Part shown: positions 20,206 through 34,864 of the stretch, one piece after another | Numbering within the stretch: position 1 is the stretch's first letter | How the letters are laid out: the number at the start of each line of letters is the position of its first letter | Source: Gemmatimonadales bacterium | GTDB taxonomy: Bacteria; Gemmatimonadota; Gemmatimonadetes; Gemmatimonadales; GWC2-71-9 | DNA length: 64,000 nt | Reading direction: 5' to 3' | Assembly: GCA_965249575.1 (NCBI GenBank) | Contig: OZ252244.1 | Coordinates: 3,776,001-3,840,000 of the forward strand | Notes under the pieces: model-generated | What the model was told of the DNA's origin: nothing | The model's database searches: none | Seen by the model: the letters and a program-made list of their open reading frames with translations, nothing else | Made by a program: the position numbers and the translations under genes

Positions 20206-21876
20206 GTGCTCGTGCGGCGACTGCGGATCGGGATAATAGACCTCGTTACAAAGGGCCCCACACGGGCCCTGTACGCACGGATCATGAACCCGAACTACGC
20301 GAGCATCATGCCCCAGGCGGTGGCCGTGTGGTGCGAAGAGGCTGGCCACGACGTGACGTTCGTGTGTTACACGGGGTTCGAGAACCTGCTCGACGAGCTT
20401 CCCGAGAACATGGATCTGCTGTTCGTGGGGGCCTTCACCCAGGCCGGACAGCTCGCATACGCTCTCAGCAACCTGTTCCGGAAACGGGGGGCAGTTACGG
20501 TGCTCGGCGGTCCGCACGCCCGGTGCTACCCGGAGGACGCCCGCCAGTACTTCGACTATGTCGTTGGGTTCACCGACCGCGAGATCGTTGACGACATCCT
20601 GCGTGATTGCTCGGCGCACCGTCCGTTCGGTTGTCACCTGAGCGCTCCTCGGCAACCGGTACATCTCCCGGGCATCCGGGACCGCTGGAAATTTGCGGAG
20701 CCGACGTTCTCGAAGTCGCCGACTAGTATCAAAGGCGTTCCAATGCTCGGGAGCCTGGGGTGTCCGTATACATGTTGCTTCTGCATCGACTCCGTCGTGG
20801 ACTACCAACCACTCGACTACGACCAAATCCGCGACGATTTGCGCTTCCTGGTCAAGAAACTCCCGAACGGCTGGGTGGGATGGCACGATCCCAACTTCGG
20901 GGTCCGCTTCGACGACTACCTGTCCCTGATCGAAGACGCCGTCCCGCCGGGATCGCTCAGTTTCTGTGCGGAGAGTAGCCTCTCGCTGCTCTCCGAGTCG
21001 AACGTCAAGCGGCTGAGCGCCGCCGGATTCCGGGTCATGATCCCCGGTATCGAGTCGTGGTTCAGCCTCGGCAACAAGTCGAAAACCCGGGGAAAGACCG
21101 GGTTCGAGAAGGTCAAGCAGGTGTCCGAGCACGTCAACATGATCATGGACCACATCCCCTACGTGCAGACGAACTTCGTGCTTGGGTTGGACGACGATCA
21201 TGGCGAGGAGGCGTTCGAGCTGACCAAGCGATTCGTCGACATGACACCCGGGGCTTTCCCGGGATATTCACTGCTTTCGGCGTTCGGCGAAGCCGCACCG
21301 CTCAATCTCGATTTGCAGCGGAGCGGTCGGGTTCGACCGTTCCCGTTCCACTTTATGAATTGCGCGCAAGCGGGAAACGTCGTCCCAGCGCACTATGGGT
21401 GGACCGAATTCTACGACTATGTCATCGACGTAACCGGCTACACGTTCTCGTGGAAGAACATCGCCCGGCGCGCCCGGGCGGCCCAGGCTCCTCTTGCGCG
21501 CTGGTTGAATATCGTGCGCGCGATCTCGAGCGAGGGCTTCGGCAGGCTCAAGTACTACGGCAAGGTGCGGCGACTGCTCGACGAGGATCAGAGCGTGCGC
21601 CGGTTCTATGACGGAAAGACCGACGAGGTCCCCGATTTCTTTATCGATCGGGTTCGACGCGATTTGGGCCCGTTGTGGCAGCACCTGCCACCGGGGGCGC
21701 TCGACCACGACCCGAAAGCCTACCTCAAGAAAACCGAAGCCCGGAAGTCAACGGAGGAGGGAGTCGCGAGCGCACCGGCCAGCGGCCAGGGACCCGTCCA
21801 GATCTCACGGCTCGCCCAGACGGGCATCGCCGAGCAGGCGAGCCCGGCCCAAAACCCCGCGGCTCTCGATCTCTGA
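20206..21876 (+). CDS. B12-binding-like domain radical SAM protein
   Basis: VLGGPH in the N-terminal domain; GCPYTCCFC CxxxCxxC motif; GIES and FVLGLD motifs. Confidence 0.88.
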   Translation: MLVRRLRIGIIDLVTKGPTRALYARIMNPNYASIMPQAVAVWCEEAGHDVTFVCYTGFENLLDELPENMDLLFVGAFTQAGQLAYALSNLFRKRGAVTVLGGPHARCYPEDARQYFDYVVGFTDREIVDDILRDCSAHRPFGCHLSAPRQPVHLPGIRDRWKFAEPTFSKSPTSIKGVPMLGSLGCPYTCCFCIDSVVDYQPLDYDQIRDDLRFLVKKLPNGWVGWHDPNFGVRFDDYLSLIEDAVPPGSLSFCAESSLSLLSESNVKRLSAAGFRVMIPGIESWFSLGNKSKTRGKTGFEKVKQVSEHVNMIMDHIPYVQTNFVLGLDDDHGEEAFELTKRFVDMTPGAFPGYSLLSAFGEAAPLNLDLQRSGRVRPFPFHFMNCAQAGNVVPAHYGWTEFYDYVIDVTGYTFSWKNIARRARAAQAPLARWLNIVRAISSEGFGRLKYYGKVRRLLDEDQSVRRFYDGKTDEVPDFFIDRVRRDLGPLWQHLPPGALDHDPKAYLKKTEARKSTEEGVASAPASGQGPVQISRLAQTGIAEQASPAQNPAALDL

Positions 21877-22082
21877 ACCGGGGGGCCACCGGCTCCCCCT
21901 CCCACTCCCGCTCGACACGTTCGCCTCGGGTTCCCTAACGGCTTGAGCGAGCGGCGGCCAGTTCTGTTGTCCACTATATTCAAGACACATTGAGCCGAAG
22001 GTCCCTCCATCGGACGAAAAGCCCGTTGAAGCTGACAACATAGTTTAGCTGCAGCTTGTAACTACATAGCTTATGATACTTT

Positions 22083-22156
<74 letters not shown>

Positions 22157-22219
22157 TCCGCTGAGGAGATCCCAACCAACGGGCGGGAAGCTGCTCTCGC
22201 CGGTCGAGGCCTCGCGACC

Positions 22220-23842
22220 ATGCCTATCGCCCATCGCGTGACCCCGGTATCCCGAGCCCTCTTCCTCGCAGTAGTCGTAGTGCTCGGCTCAACGTCGGGC
22301 CCGCGTACCGGTGCCGGCCAGGGCGCGATCCACCGGGCCTTCCAGGACCTGTGGGCCGCGAGTGATTCAGGGCGAGCCGATGCTGCCGTGGACGCCCTTC
22401 TGGACCTCGACCTCTCCTTCGACTCGGCCCTGCACCGACTCCGGGTTGGCCGTGACTACACCGCGCGAGTCGCGACCGGCAGGATCGACCTGAGCCGGGT
22501 TTCGCCGGCAGGTATGGAGCGCCATTACACGATCGTGGTGCCCGAGGGTTACGACCACCAGCTTCGCTACCCGGTCAGGGTATTCCTGCACGGGGGCGTC
22601 GAACGGGAGGGCAAGCGTCGCGGTGGCTCATGGCGGCATGATCGATACTCTGGAGCCGATTGGATCGCCGTATTCCCGTCTGGGTGGCGTGATGCCATGT
22701 GGTGGTTCGAGAATCAGGTTGAAAACGTGATGGGCATTCTGGGCACGCTCAGGCAGACCTACAATGTCGACGAAAACCGCGTGCACCTGTTTGGCGTATC
22801 GGATGGCGGAACCGGCGCGTACTTCTTCGGCATGAAAGCAGCAACCCCCTGGGCTGGTATCCTCCCGCTGCTGGGACATCCCTCAGTACTCGCCAACCCT
22901 CGGGTGCAGGCCGACGGCCAGCTCTACGTGGTCAATCTCCGCAACGTGCCCCTGTTGGTGGTCAACGGCGCTCTCGATCCGATGTACCCCGCGCATCGGC
23001 TGGAGCCGTACGTAGCGCTGTACCGCGAAGCGGGGATCGACGCGACCTTCCGGGATCTAAAAAATGTCGGCCACAACATGTCCTGGTGGGAGGCGGAGTC
23101 GGAGAACATCGCAAGCTTCATCCGCGACCACCCGCGGGATCCCCTACCGGATTCCGTTACGTGGGAAACGGAGCGCATTGATCGGTACAATCGAGCAAGC
23201 TGGGTGGTCGTCTCCGAGCTCGGGGAGGCTCGAGACGAGGCGACCCTTCCAGATTTCAATTCCGTTGCGGCTCCCGAACCGCGGCCCGCGCTCGGGGTCG
23301 GCGTCGAGGACGTGGCGGGGCAGGGTGTCAGGCTGACCCGGATCAACGATGGATCCGTTGCCCAAGTGGCCGGACTCCGCCCGGGCGATATCGTCGTGTC
23401 CGTCGACGGCGTGCAGACGCCCACGGAGGCGAGCCTCATCGCTCAGGTACGGGATATCCGGTTCGGGAGCCGTGTCCAACTCAGCATCGAGCGGGACGGC
23501 GCGCGCAGACCGATCACCGTGGTCTATCCCCCGCCGCCCCCGCCCGAGGAACCCTATCTGGTCTTTCCTCACTTCCAGCCCTCAGGGCGCATCGAGGTTG
23601 TACGGCGGGGCAATTCCGTCGAGGTCAAGACCAACGGGATCAGGACCTATCGGCTCCTCCTGTCAGCAGATCGATTCGATCTCCAGGAACCCGTGACGGT
23701 GAGGACGAACGGACACGCTTCGTTCGAAGGTGTGGTCAATGTGAATACGGAAACCCTCCTGAGGTGGGCGGCGCGGGATCACGACCGCACGATGCTCTTC
23801 GCCGCCGAACTCGACATCCGGTTGCCAGCATCAACACCGTAG
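22220..23842 (+). CDS. Exported alpha/beta-hydrolase (esterase/peptidase-like) with PDZ domain
   Basis: Signal-like N-terminus; FLHGG; GVSDGG nucleophile elbow; GALD and VGH; PDZ motif AQVAGLRPGDIVVSVDG. Confidence 0.8.
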   Translation: MPIAHRVTPVSRALFLAVVVVLGSTSGPRTGAGQGAIHRAFQDLWAASDSGRADAAVDALLDLDLSFDSALHRLRVGRDYTARVATGRIDLSRVSPAGMERHYTIVVPEGYDHQLRYPVRVFLHGGVEREGKRRGGSWRHDRYSGADWIAVFPSGWRDAMWWFENQVENVMGILGTLRQTYNVDENRVHLFGVSDGGTGAYFFGMKAATPWAGILPLLGHPSVLANPRVQADGQLYVVNLRNVPLLVVNGALDPMYPAHRLEPYVALYREAGIDATFRDLKNVGHNMSWWEAESENIASFIRDHPRDPLPDSVTWETERIDRYNRASWVVVSELGEARDEATLPDFNSVAAPEPRPALGVGVEDVAGQGVRLTRINDGSVAQVAGLRPGDIVVSVDGVQTPTEASLIAQVRDIRFGSRVQLSIERDGARRPITVVYPPPPPPEEPYLVFPHFQPSGRIEVVRRGNSVEVKTNGIRTYRLLLSADRFDLQEPVTVRTNGHASFEGVVNVNTETLLRWAARDHDRTMLFAAELDIRLPASTP

Positions 23843-23891
23843 CCCCCGCCCTTCACCTTCATCAGCTCCCACCAGATTGGCCGGTTCGCTC

Positions 23892-23920
23892 TCGAAACCG
23901 GAGGCGGAGCGGGCTATAAT
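23892..23920 (+). promoter_or_regulatory. Sigma70-type promoter of mgtE
   Basis: TCGAAA-17 nt-TATAAT; the perfect -10 ends 6 nt before the ATG. Confidence 0.5.
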
Positions 23921-23926
23921 GCGCAC

Positions 23927-25216
23927 ATGTTACCTGACAGGACCCCCGGTATGACGGGCGAGGAGCTCTCGGCAGCCTGGGGGATCCTAACACGCGAAGA
24001 GCGGCTTGAAGCCTTCTCCCATCTGGGGGAAGAGGACGGACAGAACTTCTTCGGCCTGCTCGATGCCATCGACCAGGCCGAGCTGCTGCTCAGTCTGCCA
24101 CAAGGAGGGCGCGCGCGTTTCCTCGCCCTCCTCCCGCCGGACGACCTCGCCGACGTGTTCCAGGAACTCGACGAACGCGCCCAGAAGGTAGTCTTCAAGT
24201 CCCTCGCACCGGAGGATCTCGCAGAGGTTCGAGAGCTCGCCGCCTACGATTGGGACGACGCCGGCGGGATCATGACGCCCGACTTCGCTCACATCCTCCC
24301 GGACATGATCGTCGACCGTGCGATCGTCTCGCTGAGACTTCAGCTCAAGGAGCAGCCCGAAACACTACGCTACGTATACGTGCTGGAGAAAGATGGACGG
24401 CTGGCCGGTGTCGTGAGCTTCCGTGACCTGTTCGGCGCCCCTTCGAGCACACGAGTTCGCGATCTCATGAAGACCGACCTGGTTTCGGTGCGCGAGGATA
24501 CCGATCAAGAGGAGGTCGCCCGCCTGATGCGGGACCACGGAATCACCGCGATACCGGTTCTCGACGCCCTCCGTCGTGTCAAGGGAATCATAACCAGCGA
24601 CGATGTCCTCGCCGTCATGGAGGAAGAAGCGACAGAAGACATTCACAAACTGGCCGCGGTTGCCCCTACGGAAATGGACTACGCCCGAGCCGGGGTAGGG
24701 CTCCTCTGGCGCCGACGCGCCGGATGGCTTGTCGTGCTCCTGGTGGCGGGAGTCTTGACGGCTCTCATCATGGAGCGGTTTGAGGACACACTCCGGGCAA
24801 GCGTCGTCTTGGCGTTCTACGTTCCACTGCTGATGGGAGCCGCCGGAAACACGGGCACTCAGTCGGCCATGCTCGTCGTTCGGAGCCTCGCAACCGGCGA
24901 CTTGCAGACCCGCGAGTGGACGCGGGTGCTCCTGAAGGAACTGGCCGTGGGCTCGCTCTTGGCCCTCATGCTAGCATCACTGCTGGGCATTCTGGGATAC
25001 TACTCCAGTCACGGGGGGCCCAAGGTGGCGTTCGTTCTCGCCGCGACGATGGCGGCCGTCGTGCTATGGGCGAACCTGATCGGCGCCGCGCTGCCCGTGT
25101 TGATCCGGGCGATCCGCCTCGACCCCGCCGTAGTTTCGGCCCCGCTCGTCGCGACCCTGGTGGATGTCTCCGGGATTGCCATCTATTTGACCATTGCGGC
25201 CTGGGTATTGGGTTGA
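23927..25216 (+). CDS. mgtE: Magnesium transporter MgtE
   Basis: AGGIMT, CBS pair, EEATEDI, GNTGTQS and SAPLVATLVD motifs. Confidence 0.95.
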   Translation: MLPDRTPGMTGEELSAAWGILTREERLEAFSHLGEEDGQNFFGLLDAIDQAELLLSLPQGGRARFLALLPPDDLADVFQELDERAQKVVFKSLAPEDLAEVRELAAYDWDDAGGIMTPDFAHILPDMIVDRAIVSLRLQLKEQPETLRYVYVLEKDGRLAGVVSFRDLFGAPSSTRVRDLMKTDLVSVREDTDQEEVARLMRDHGITAIPVLDALRRVKGIITSDDVLAVMEEEATEDIHKLAAVAPTEMDYARAGVGLLWRRRAGWLVVLLVAGVLTALIMERFEDTLRASVVLAFYVPLLMGAAGNTGTQSAMLVVRSLATGDLQTREWTRVLLKELAVGSLLALMLASLLGILGYYSSHGGPKVAFVLAATMAAVVLWANLIGAALPVLIRAIRLDPAVVSAPLVATLVDVSGIAIYLTIAAWVLG

Positions 25217-25453
25217 TCCGAGGATGAGCGACTGGTGTGCCGACGCAGTCACCCCGACGAACAAGCTCCGAGACGATAGTGATTTGGGCGCACTTGCCGT
25301 CGCGCCCGCCGCCGCGGGGAGTTAGGGGAAGGGTGGGGTACGCAGGGAACGGTCGCTATTCCGGTTGTGGGACGTCGTGTCCCTGGGGCGCAAGGTTACA
25401 TTGATGGGGAATCTCAGACGACACTAAGGTATCATGCAAGGAATCGAGCCCTC

Positions 25454-27859
25454 ATGACCCCGCGAGCGAGCCAGCCGAAAGCATTGCGCGATCAGCCGCG
25501 GGCCGGGAACGGTAAACCCGCGGGTCCGGATGCTGTACGAACCGAGGAGGTCGACACCACCCTGGACAGCGATGGTGGGCTCGTCACTGAGGGCGAGGCT
25601 GCGAACGGTGAAGTGGAGACAGTCGTTCCGGCTCCTGTGTCGTTGGGCGCCGAGCCTTCTCCGAGTACGCTCGAGCCACCGGCGTCGGCCAGAACGCCCC
25701 CCGACCGCGTTCCTCCTCCTGTAGCCACGCCGGATGCACCACACGATCTCTCCCGGTCCGAGTATTTTCTCAATCGGGAGTTGACCTGGCTCAACTATAC
25801 GTTCCGAATCCTCCACGAGGCGGAGGACGAGCGCACCCCGCTTCTCGAGCGGATGAAGTTCATCGCCATCGTCAGCTCCAATCTGGACGAGTTCTTCATG
25901 AAGCGGATTGGGGGGCTCAAACAGCAGGTGGGAGCGGGGATCCACGACTTGAGTGTCGACGGCCGGACCCCCGAGGAACAGATCGCCCAGTGCTACGATC
26001 TCGTGCGCGAGGTGGAGCGGCGGAAGCACGTTGCGTTATTGAAGACCGTGTCGGCGCTGGAGAGCGCGGGCATCCTGCTCACGACCTACGAGCGGCTCCC
26101 CTCGGAGGATCAAAAGCGCCTGCGCCAGTACTACGTAGAGAACATCTATCCGCTAGTCACCCCACAGGGTAGCGACCCAGCACACCCGTTTCCATTCATC
26201 TCGAACCTCTCGCTCAATCTGCTCGTGAGCCTGCGTTCTAGAAAGGACTCGGCGCAGTCGCTCGCGCGGGTCAAAGTCCCCGTGGGGGCGGGGATTCCGC
26301 GCTTTCTCCGCGTGCGCGACACCGACGTGTTCGTCACGCTGGAGAGCGTGATGGCCCACAACCTCGACGTGCTCTTCCCGGGCATCGAGGTCAACAGTTG
26401 CGAGGTCTTCCGTGTTACCCGGAACGCGAACACCGAGGTTGAGGAGGAGAACGCCGACGATCTCCTGGCGGTGATCGAAACGGGGCTGCGAGAGCGGAAG
26501 TTTGCGCCGGTCGTGCGGCTCGAGGTCGCACGCTCCATGCAGCCGTACAACCGGGGCCGGCTGGCTGCGGAGCTGGGGCTCGATGAACGTGCGGATGTGT
26601 TCGAGGTCGAGGGGCTGCTCGGTATGCGTGACCTGATGCAGTTGGCTCTGCTCGAGCGCGCAGCACTGCGCGATCCGCCCCATCACCCGATTGATCATCC
26701 GCAGCTCGGAACCGACCGCAGCATCTTTCACGTTATCCGAGATCTCGGATCGATTCTCCTACACCATCCGTATCAGGCTTTCTCGACCTCGGTCGTGCGA
26801 TTTCTGCGCGAGGCGAGTCAAGACCCAAAGGTGCGAGCCATCAAAATGACGTTGTATCGCACCTCGGCGGAGTCCAGGCCGATCGATTACCTGATCGAGG
26901 CAGCCCGCAACGGCAAGCAGGTAGCGGTCGTGGTGGAGCTCAAGGCGCGATTCGATGAGGAGGCAAATATCCGCTGGGCCAACCGGCTGGAGGCGACCGG
27001 TATCCACGTCACGTACGGCGTCGTGGGTCTCAAGACCCACTGCAAGGCGATTCTCGTTGTCCGACAAGACTACAACGGCCTGGCGCGGTACGCGCACGTG
27101 GGAACTGGGAACTATCACGCGGGCACGGCGCGCCTGTATTCCGACCTCGCCATCTTCACGAACGATCCGGCCATCGGAAAGGATTTGACCGAGCTCTTCA
27201 ACTACCTAACGACGGGTTACAGGCCAAAGCGCAACTATACCAAGGTGCTCCCGGCACCAAAGGTGTTGAAGCGGGCGCTCCTCGAGAAGATCGACCGGGA
27301 GGTCACGGCGCACTCGGCTGACTCTCCGGGCTTGATCCAGCTTAAGCTGAACGCGCTAGAAGACGCAGACGTCACCCGGGCATTGTATCGAGCGTCGCAG
27401 GCGGGGGTCACGATCGACCTGATCGTGCGGGACACGTGCCGATTGCGGCCGGGCATCGCGGGGTTATCGGAGACGATTCGTGTGATCAGCGTCGTCGGCC
27501 GGTTTCTCGAGCATTCGCGCATCTACTACTTCCGGAACGGCGGTGCGGAGGAGTACTACATCGGGTCGGCGGACTGCATGCAGCGCAATCTCGAAAGCCG
27601 CGTGGAGGTGCTCGCACCCGTCGAGGCGCCAGAGCTGCGGCAGGACCTTAGGGTCGTACTCGACACGCAGCTGGCCGATCAGCGCAGCGCCTGGGAAATG
27701 CAGCCGGACGGCAGCTACGTTCAGCGAATGCCGGTCAAGCGCAAGGAGGAGCGCAGCTCACAGCGGGCGCTGATTGAGTGGGCCGAGAAGCGCCACCGGG
27801 AAGCAAGCCGATTGCGCCGTCGGAAGCCTCGGGGGATCTCCAGGCGCAACGTCCGCTGA
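25454..27859 (+). CDS. ppk1: Polyphosphate kinase 1 (long Pro/acidic N-terminal extension)
   Basis: NRELTWL, SSNLDEFFM, HHPY, ELKARFDEEAN, RFLEHSR and SADCMQRN motifs. Confidence 0.97.
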   Translation: MTPRASQPKALRDQPRAGNGKPAGPDAVRTEEVDTTLDSDGGLVTEGEAANGEVETVVPAPVSLGAEPSPSTLEPPASARTPPDRVPPPVATPDAPHDLSRSEYFLNRELTWLNYTFRILHEAEDERTPLLERMKFIAIVSSNLDEFFMKRIGGLKQQVGAGIHDLSVDGRTPEEQIAQCYDLVREVERRKHVALLKTVSALESAGILLTTYERLPSEDQKRLRQYYVENIYPLVTPQGSDPAHPFPFISNLSLNLLVSLRSRKDSAQSLARVKVPVGAGIPRFLRVRDTDVFVTLESVMAHNLDVLFPGIEVNSCEVFRVTRNANTEVEEENADDLLAVIETGLRERKFAPVVRLEVARSMQPYNRGRLAAELGLDERADVFEVEGLLGMRDLMQLALLERAALRDPPHHPIDHPQLGTDRSIFHVIRDLGSILLHHPYQAFSTSVVRFLREASQDPKVRAIKMTLYRTSAESRPIDYLIEAARNGKQVAVVVELKARFDEEANIRWANRLEATGIHVTYGVVGLKTHCKAILVVRQDYNGLARYAHVGTGNYHAGTARLYSDLAIFTNDPAIGKDLTELFNYLTTGYRPKRNYTKVLPAPKVLKRALLEKIDREVTAHSADSPGLIQLKLNALEDADVTRALYRASQAGVTIDLIVRDTCRLRPGIAGLSETIRVISVVGRFLEHSRIYYFRNGGAEEYYIGSADCMQRNLESRVEVLAPVEAPELRQDLRVVLDTQLADQRSAWEMQPDGSYVQRMPVKRKEERSSQRALIEWAEKRHREASRLRRRKPRGISRRNVR

Positions 27860-27982
27860 GGGCGCGGGCAATTCCCTTCAAAAACGGCCCGCCGGAGCGT
27901 GGGTGCGGGGCGGAACGGTCGGTGGGAACCGGAGTGCTGCGTCGTCGGCTGTAACCTCTAACCTTGTGGTAGCTTACGCCCC

Positions 27983-28011
27983 TTGACTCCTGGGGGTCGC
28001 CCGGGTAAGCT
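27983..28011 (+). promoter_or_regulatory. rRNA operon promoter
   Basis: TTGACT-17 nt-TAAGCT, about 185 nt upstream of 16S. Confidence 0.7.
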
Positions 28012-28049
28012 TTTTAGGCTGGCTACGTTTTTGTGGCCGGACCTTTTTT

Positions 28050-28061
28050 GCTCTTTGATAA
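28050..28061 (+). promoter_or_regulatory. boxA antitermination element (leader)
   Basis: GCTCTTTGATAA; a second copy lies in the ITS. Confidence 0.75.
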
Positions 28062-28195
28062 TTGATCGGTGAGGGACATTGAGGAGTGCGGTCCCGTTAT
28101 ACAGCGGCGGGCGATCGGACGCTCGTCGTGAGGGATTACTCCGATGATTGTGATTCGGACGACCAAGGTCGTTTGGACAGAGCAAGTCGAATTCT

Positions 28196-29744
<1,549 letters not shown>

Positions 29745-29828
29745 GGAATCCCGAGTAGCCCGGGCAGTTCGCCGGTGCCGAAAGGGTTTCAAGTCGCCCG
29801 CACTTTTCAATCCCTCGCCGATTGATTC

Positions 29829-29840
29829 GCTCTTTGACAA
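29829..29840 (+). promoter_or_regulatory. boxA (ITS)
   Basis: GCTCTTTGACAA. Confidence 0.75.
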
Positions 29841-29946
29841 CTGATGCATGCGTGGAACGAAGTGGGAGTCGAGGAATCACTCTTCGCGGCCGCAAGGTCG
29901 GGAAGCACCGCCTCGGTCCATCGACCGGGGAGCGACTGATTTTTGA

Positions 29947-32926
<2,980 letters not shown>

Positions 32927-32992
32927 CTCTCCCCGTAGCACCCATTTCACGCCTCCCGCTTCACCACGCATGCCGGTTGTCACCCCCAAATT

Positions 32993-33110
<118 letters not shown>

Positions 33111-33119
33111 TTCCCTATG

Positions 33120-33161
33120 AAAACACCCGTGTTTCTTCGTCGAAGGAATGCGGGTGTTTTT
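33120..33161 (+). terminator. Intrinsic terminator after 5S
   Basis: Long hairpin AAAACACCCGTGTTTCTTCG/CGAAGGAATGCGGGTGTTTT followed by a T run. Confidence 0.8.
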
Positions 33162-33214
33162 GAATATCTAACATCGAATTTTGAAGATCAAATATTGAGT
33201 ATTGGAACTCGAAT
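33162..33214 (+). repeat. Degenerate heptamer tandem repeat
   Basis: GAATATC TAACATC GAATTTT GAAGATC AAATATT GAGTATT GGAACTC GAAT. Confidence 0.6.
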
Positions 33215-33485
33215 GGGCGCAGGCGACGCTCGTGGTGAGCGTTAGGGGAAGCGAATACGAATACCGAACACGGGGTGGCGAATCTCGAGTGAACCACTTC
33301 CGGAGTTCCATACTCACTTCGTTCGATAGTCGCCATTCCCGAGTGCTCCTTGCGGTCCTATGTCTGCCCGCGTTATCTGATGGGACTCTGGGCCGGGCCG
33401 TGAAACGCGCCACCGCACGGCCCTGGACCCTGTCTCTGTCGGCGCGTGTCGCACGCCCCTACGCTGATTTCTTTGGAGACGTTTG

Positions 33486-34781
33486 ATGACGCGAGATCGT
33501 TCGGTCTCCCGGTGGGGGATCGTCGCCATTCTGGCCGGTTTGGGTCTTGTCAGCTACTTGACCCGCATGAACCTCTCGGTCGCCGCCAAGTTCATGATGC
33601 CCGAGCTGTCACTGACCGAAGTTCAGATGGGTCAGATCTTCGCGGCGTTCATGGTCGGCTATACGGTATGCCAGATACCGGCCGGCCTGTTCGCTGATTG
33701 GCTCGGTCCGCGCCGAGTGCTGGTGACCGCCGTCCTGGGCTGGGGTTTGCTCACCGTGCTCACCGGTATCGTTCCGGGGGCAGTGGTCATGGCCGGCGCG
33801 CCGGCGCTCGTCGCGCTCATCGTCCTGCGCTTCGTCCTCGGGATCCTCCAGTCGCCAACGTATCCCGCGGGTGCCCGCGAGATGCAGGCCTGGTTCGGTC
33901 CACATGAACGCGCGGTCGGGCTGGGCATCATCATTGCCGGCACCATGTTGGGATCGGCCGTGACCCCGCCGCTTGTAGCGTCGTTGATGGTCGCGATCGG
34001 CTGGCGTGCGTCCTTCTACTGGGCCACCATTCTGCCGCTGATTATCGCAGCGCTCTGCTGGCGATACCTGACGCGCCCGTCGCCGGTCGAGGCAGACCCG
34101 AGTGCCGTGCCCCCGGGATCGTCCCAGCTCTCGCGAGCCCATCGGGCCCGCCGGATCGCACAGGATCTGTGGAGCTTGCTACGCCAGCGAAGCTTGCTGT
34201 ACCTCTGGATGAGCTATTTCCTGCTCGGATGTCTATGGTACCTATTCATTTTCTGGTTCTTCCTGTACCTGGTCGACGTTCGGGGCTTCAGCGTGTTGAG
34301 GGGTGGAGTATTTGCGAGCCTCCCCTTCTTGGTCGCCACGGTGACCACACCGCTCGGCGGTGCGATTAGCGACCGGCTATCCCGAAAGCGGGACACATTC
34401 TACGGCAAGCGAATCGTAGCCCTGGTCGCCTTCACCTCGGCCGCGGGATGCCTCGTTGGTGGAGCGACCGCAAACAATGCCTACGTAGCCATCGGCTTCC
34501 TGTCACTCGCCCTGGGACTTCTCGAGAGTACCGAGGGACCGTTCTGGGCCGGCGCCGTTGAGATCGGTGGTGATCGTGCCGGCGCGGCCAGCGGTGCGCT
34601 CAATATGGCCAACAACCTAGGCGGGATCGTGGCCGGAGCACTCACTCCCATCCTCGCCGACCGGCTGGGCTGGATCGCCGTGCTCACGACCGCCGGCGTG
34701 CTGTCGTTACTGGCCGGCCTGTTGTGGCTTGGCGTTCGGCCAGCGGCTGGCAACCGCGATGCCGTCTTGACCGCGGCATAG
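33486..34781 (+). CDS. MFS transporter, ACS (anion:cation symporter)-like
   Basis: SYLTRMNLSVA, QIPAGLFADWLGPRR, QSPTYP and GWRASF motifs; ~12 TM segments. Confidence 0.9.
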   Translation: MTRDRSVSRWGIVAILAGLGLVSYLTRMNLSVAAKFMMPELSLTEVQMGQIFAAFMVGYTVCQIPAGLFADWLGPRRVLVTAVLGWGLLTVLTGIVPGAVVMAGAPALVALIVLRFVLGILQSPTYPAGAREMQAWFGPHERAVGLGIIIAGTMLGSAVTPPLVASLMVAIGWRASFYWATILPLIIAALCWRYLTRPSPVEADPSAVPPGSSQLSRAHRARRIAQDLWSLLRQRSLLYLWMSYFLLGCLWYLFIFWFFLYLVDVRGFSVLRGGVFASLPFLVATVTTPLGGAISDRLSRKRDTFYGKRIVALVAFTSAAGCLVGGATANNAYVAIGFLSLALGLLESTEGPFWAGAVEIGGDRAGAASGALNMANNLGGIVAGALTPILADRLGWIAVLTTAGVLSLLAGLLWLGVRPAAGNRDAVLTAA

Positions 34782-34864
34782 CCGTGAGGAAGGAACGCGT
34801 GGCTCCGAAGGCTCAGTCGAGACATCAGGCGAAGGTCGTCACGGACAAGACGGGGGTATCCACG

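Noticed and set aside
33162..33214. CRISPR array
   Set aside because: The period is 7 nt and degenerate, with no repeat-spacer structure and no cas genes.
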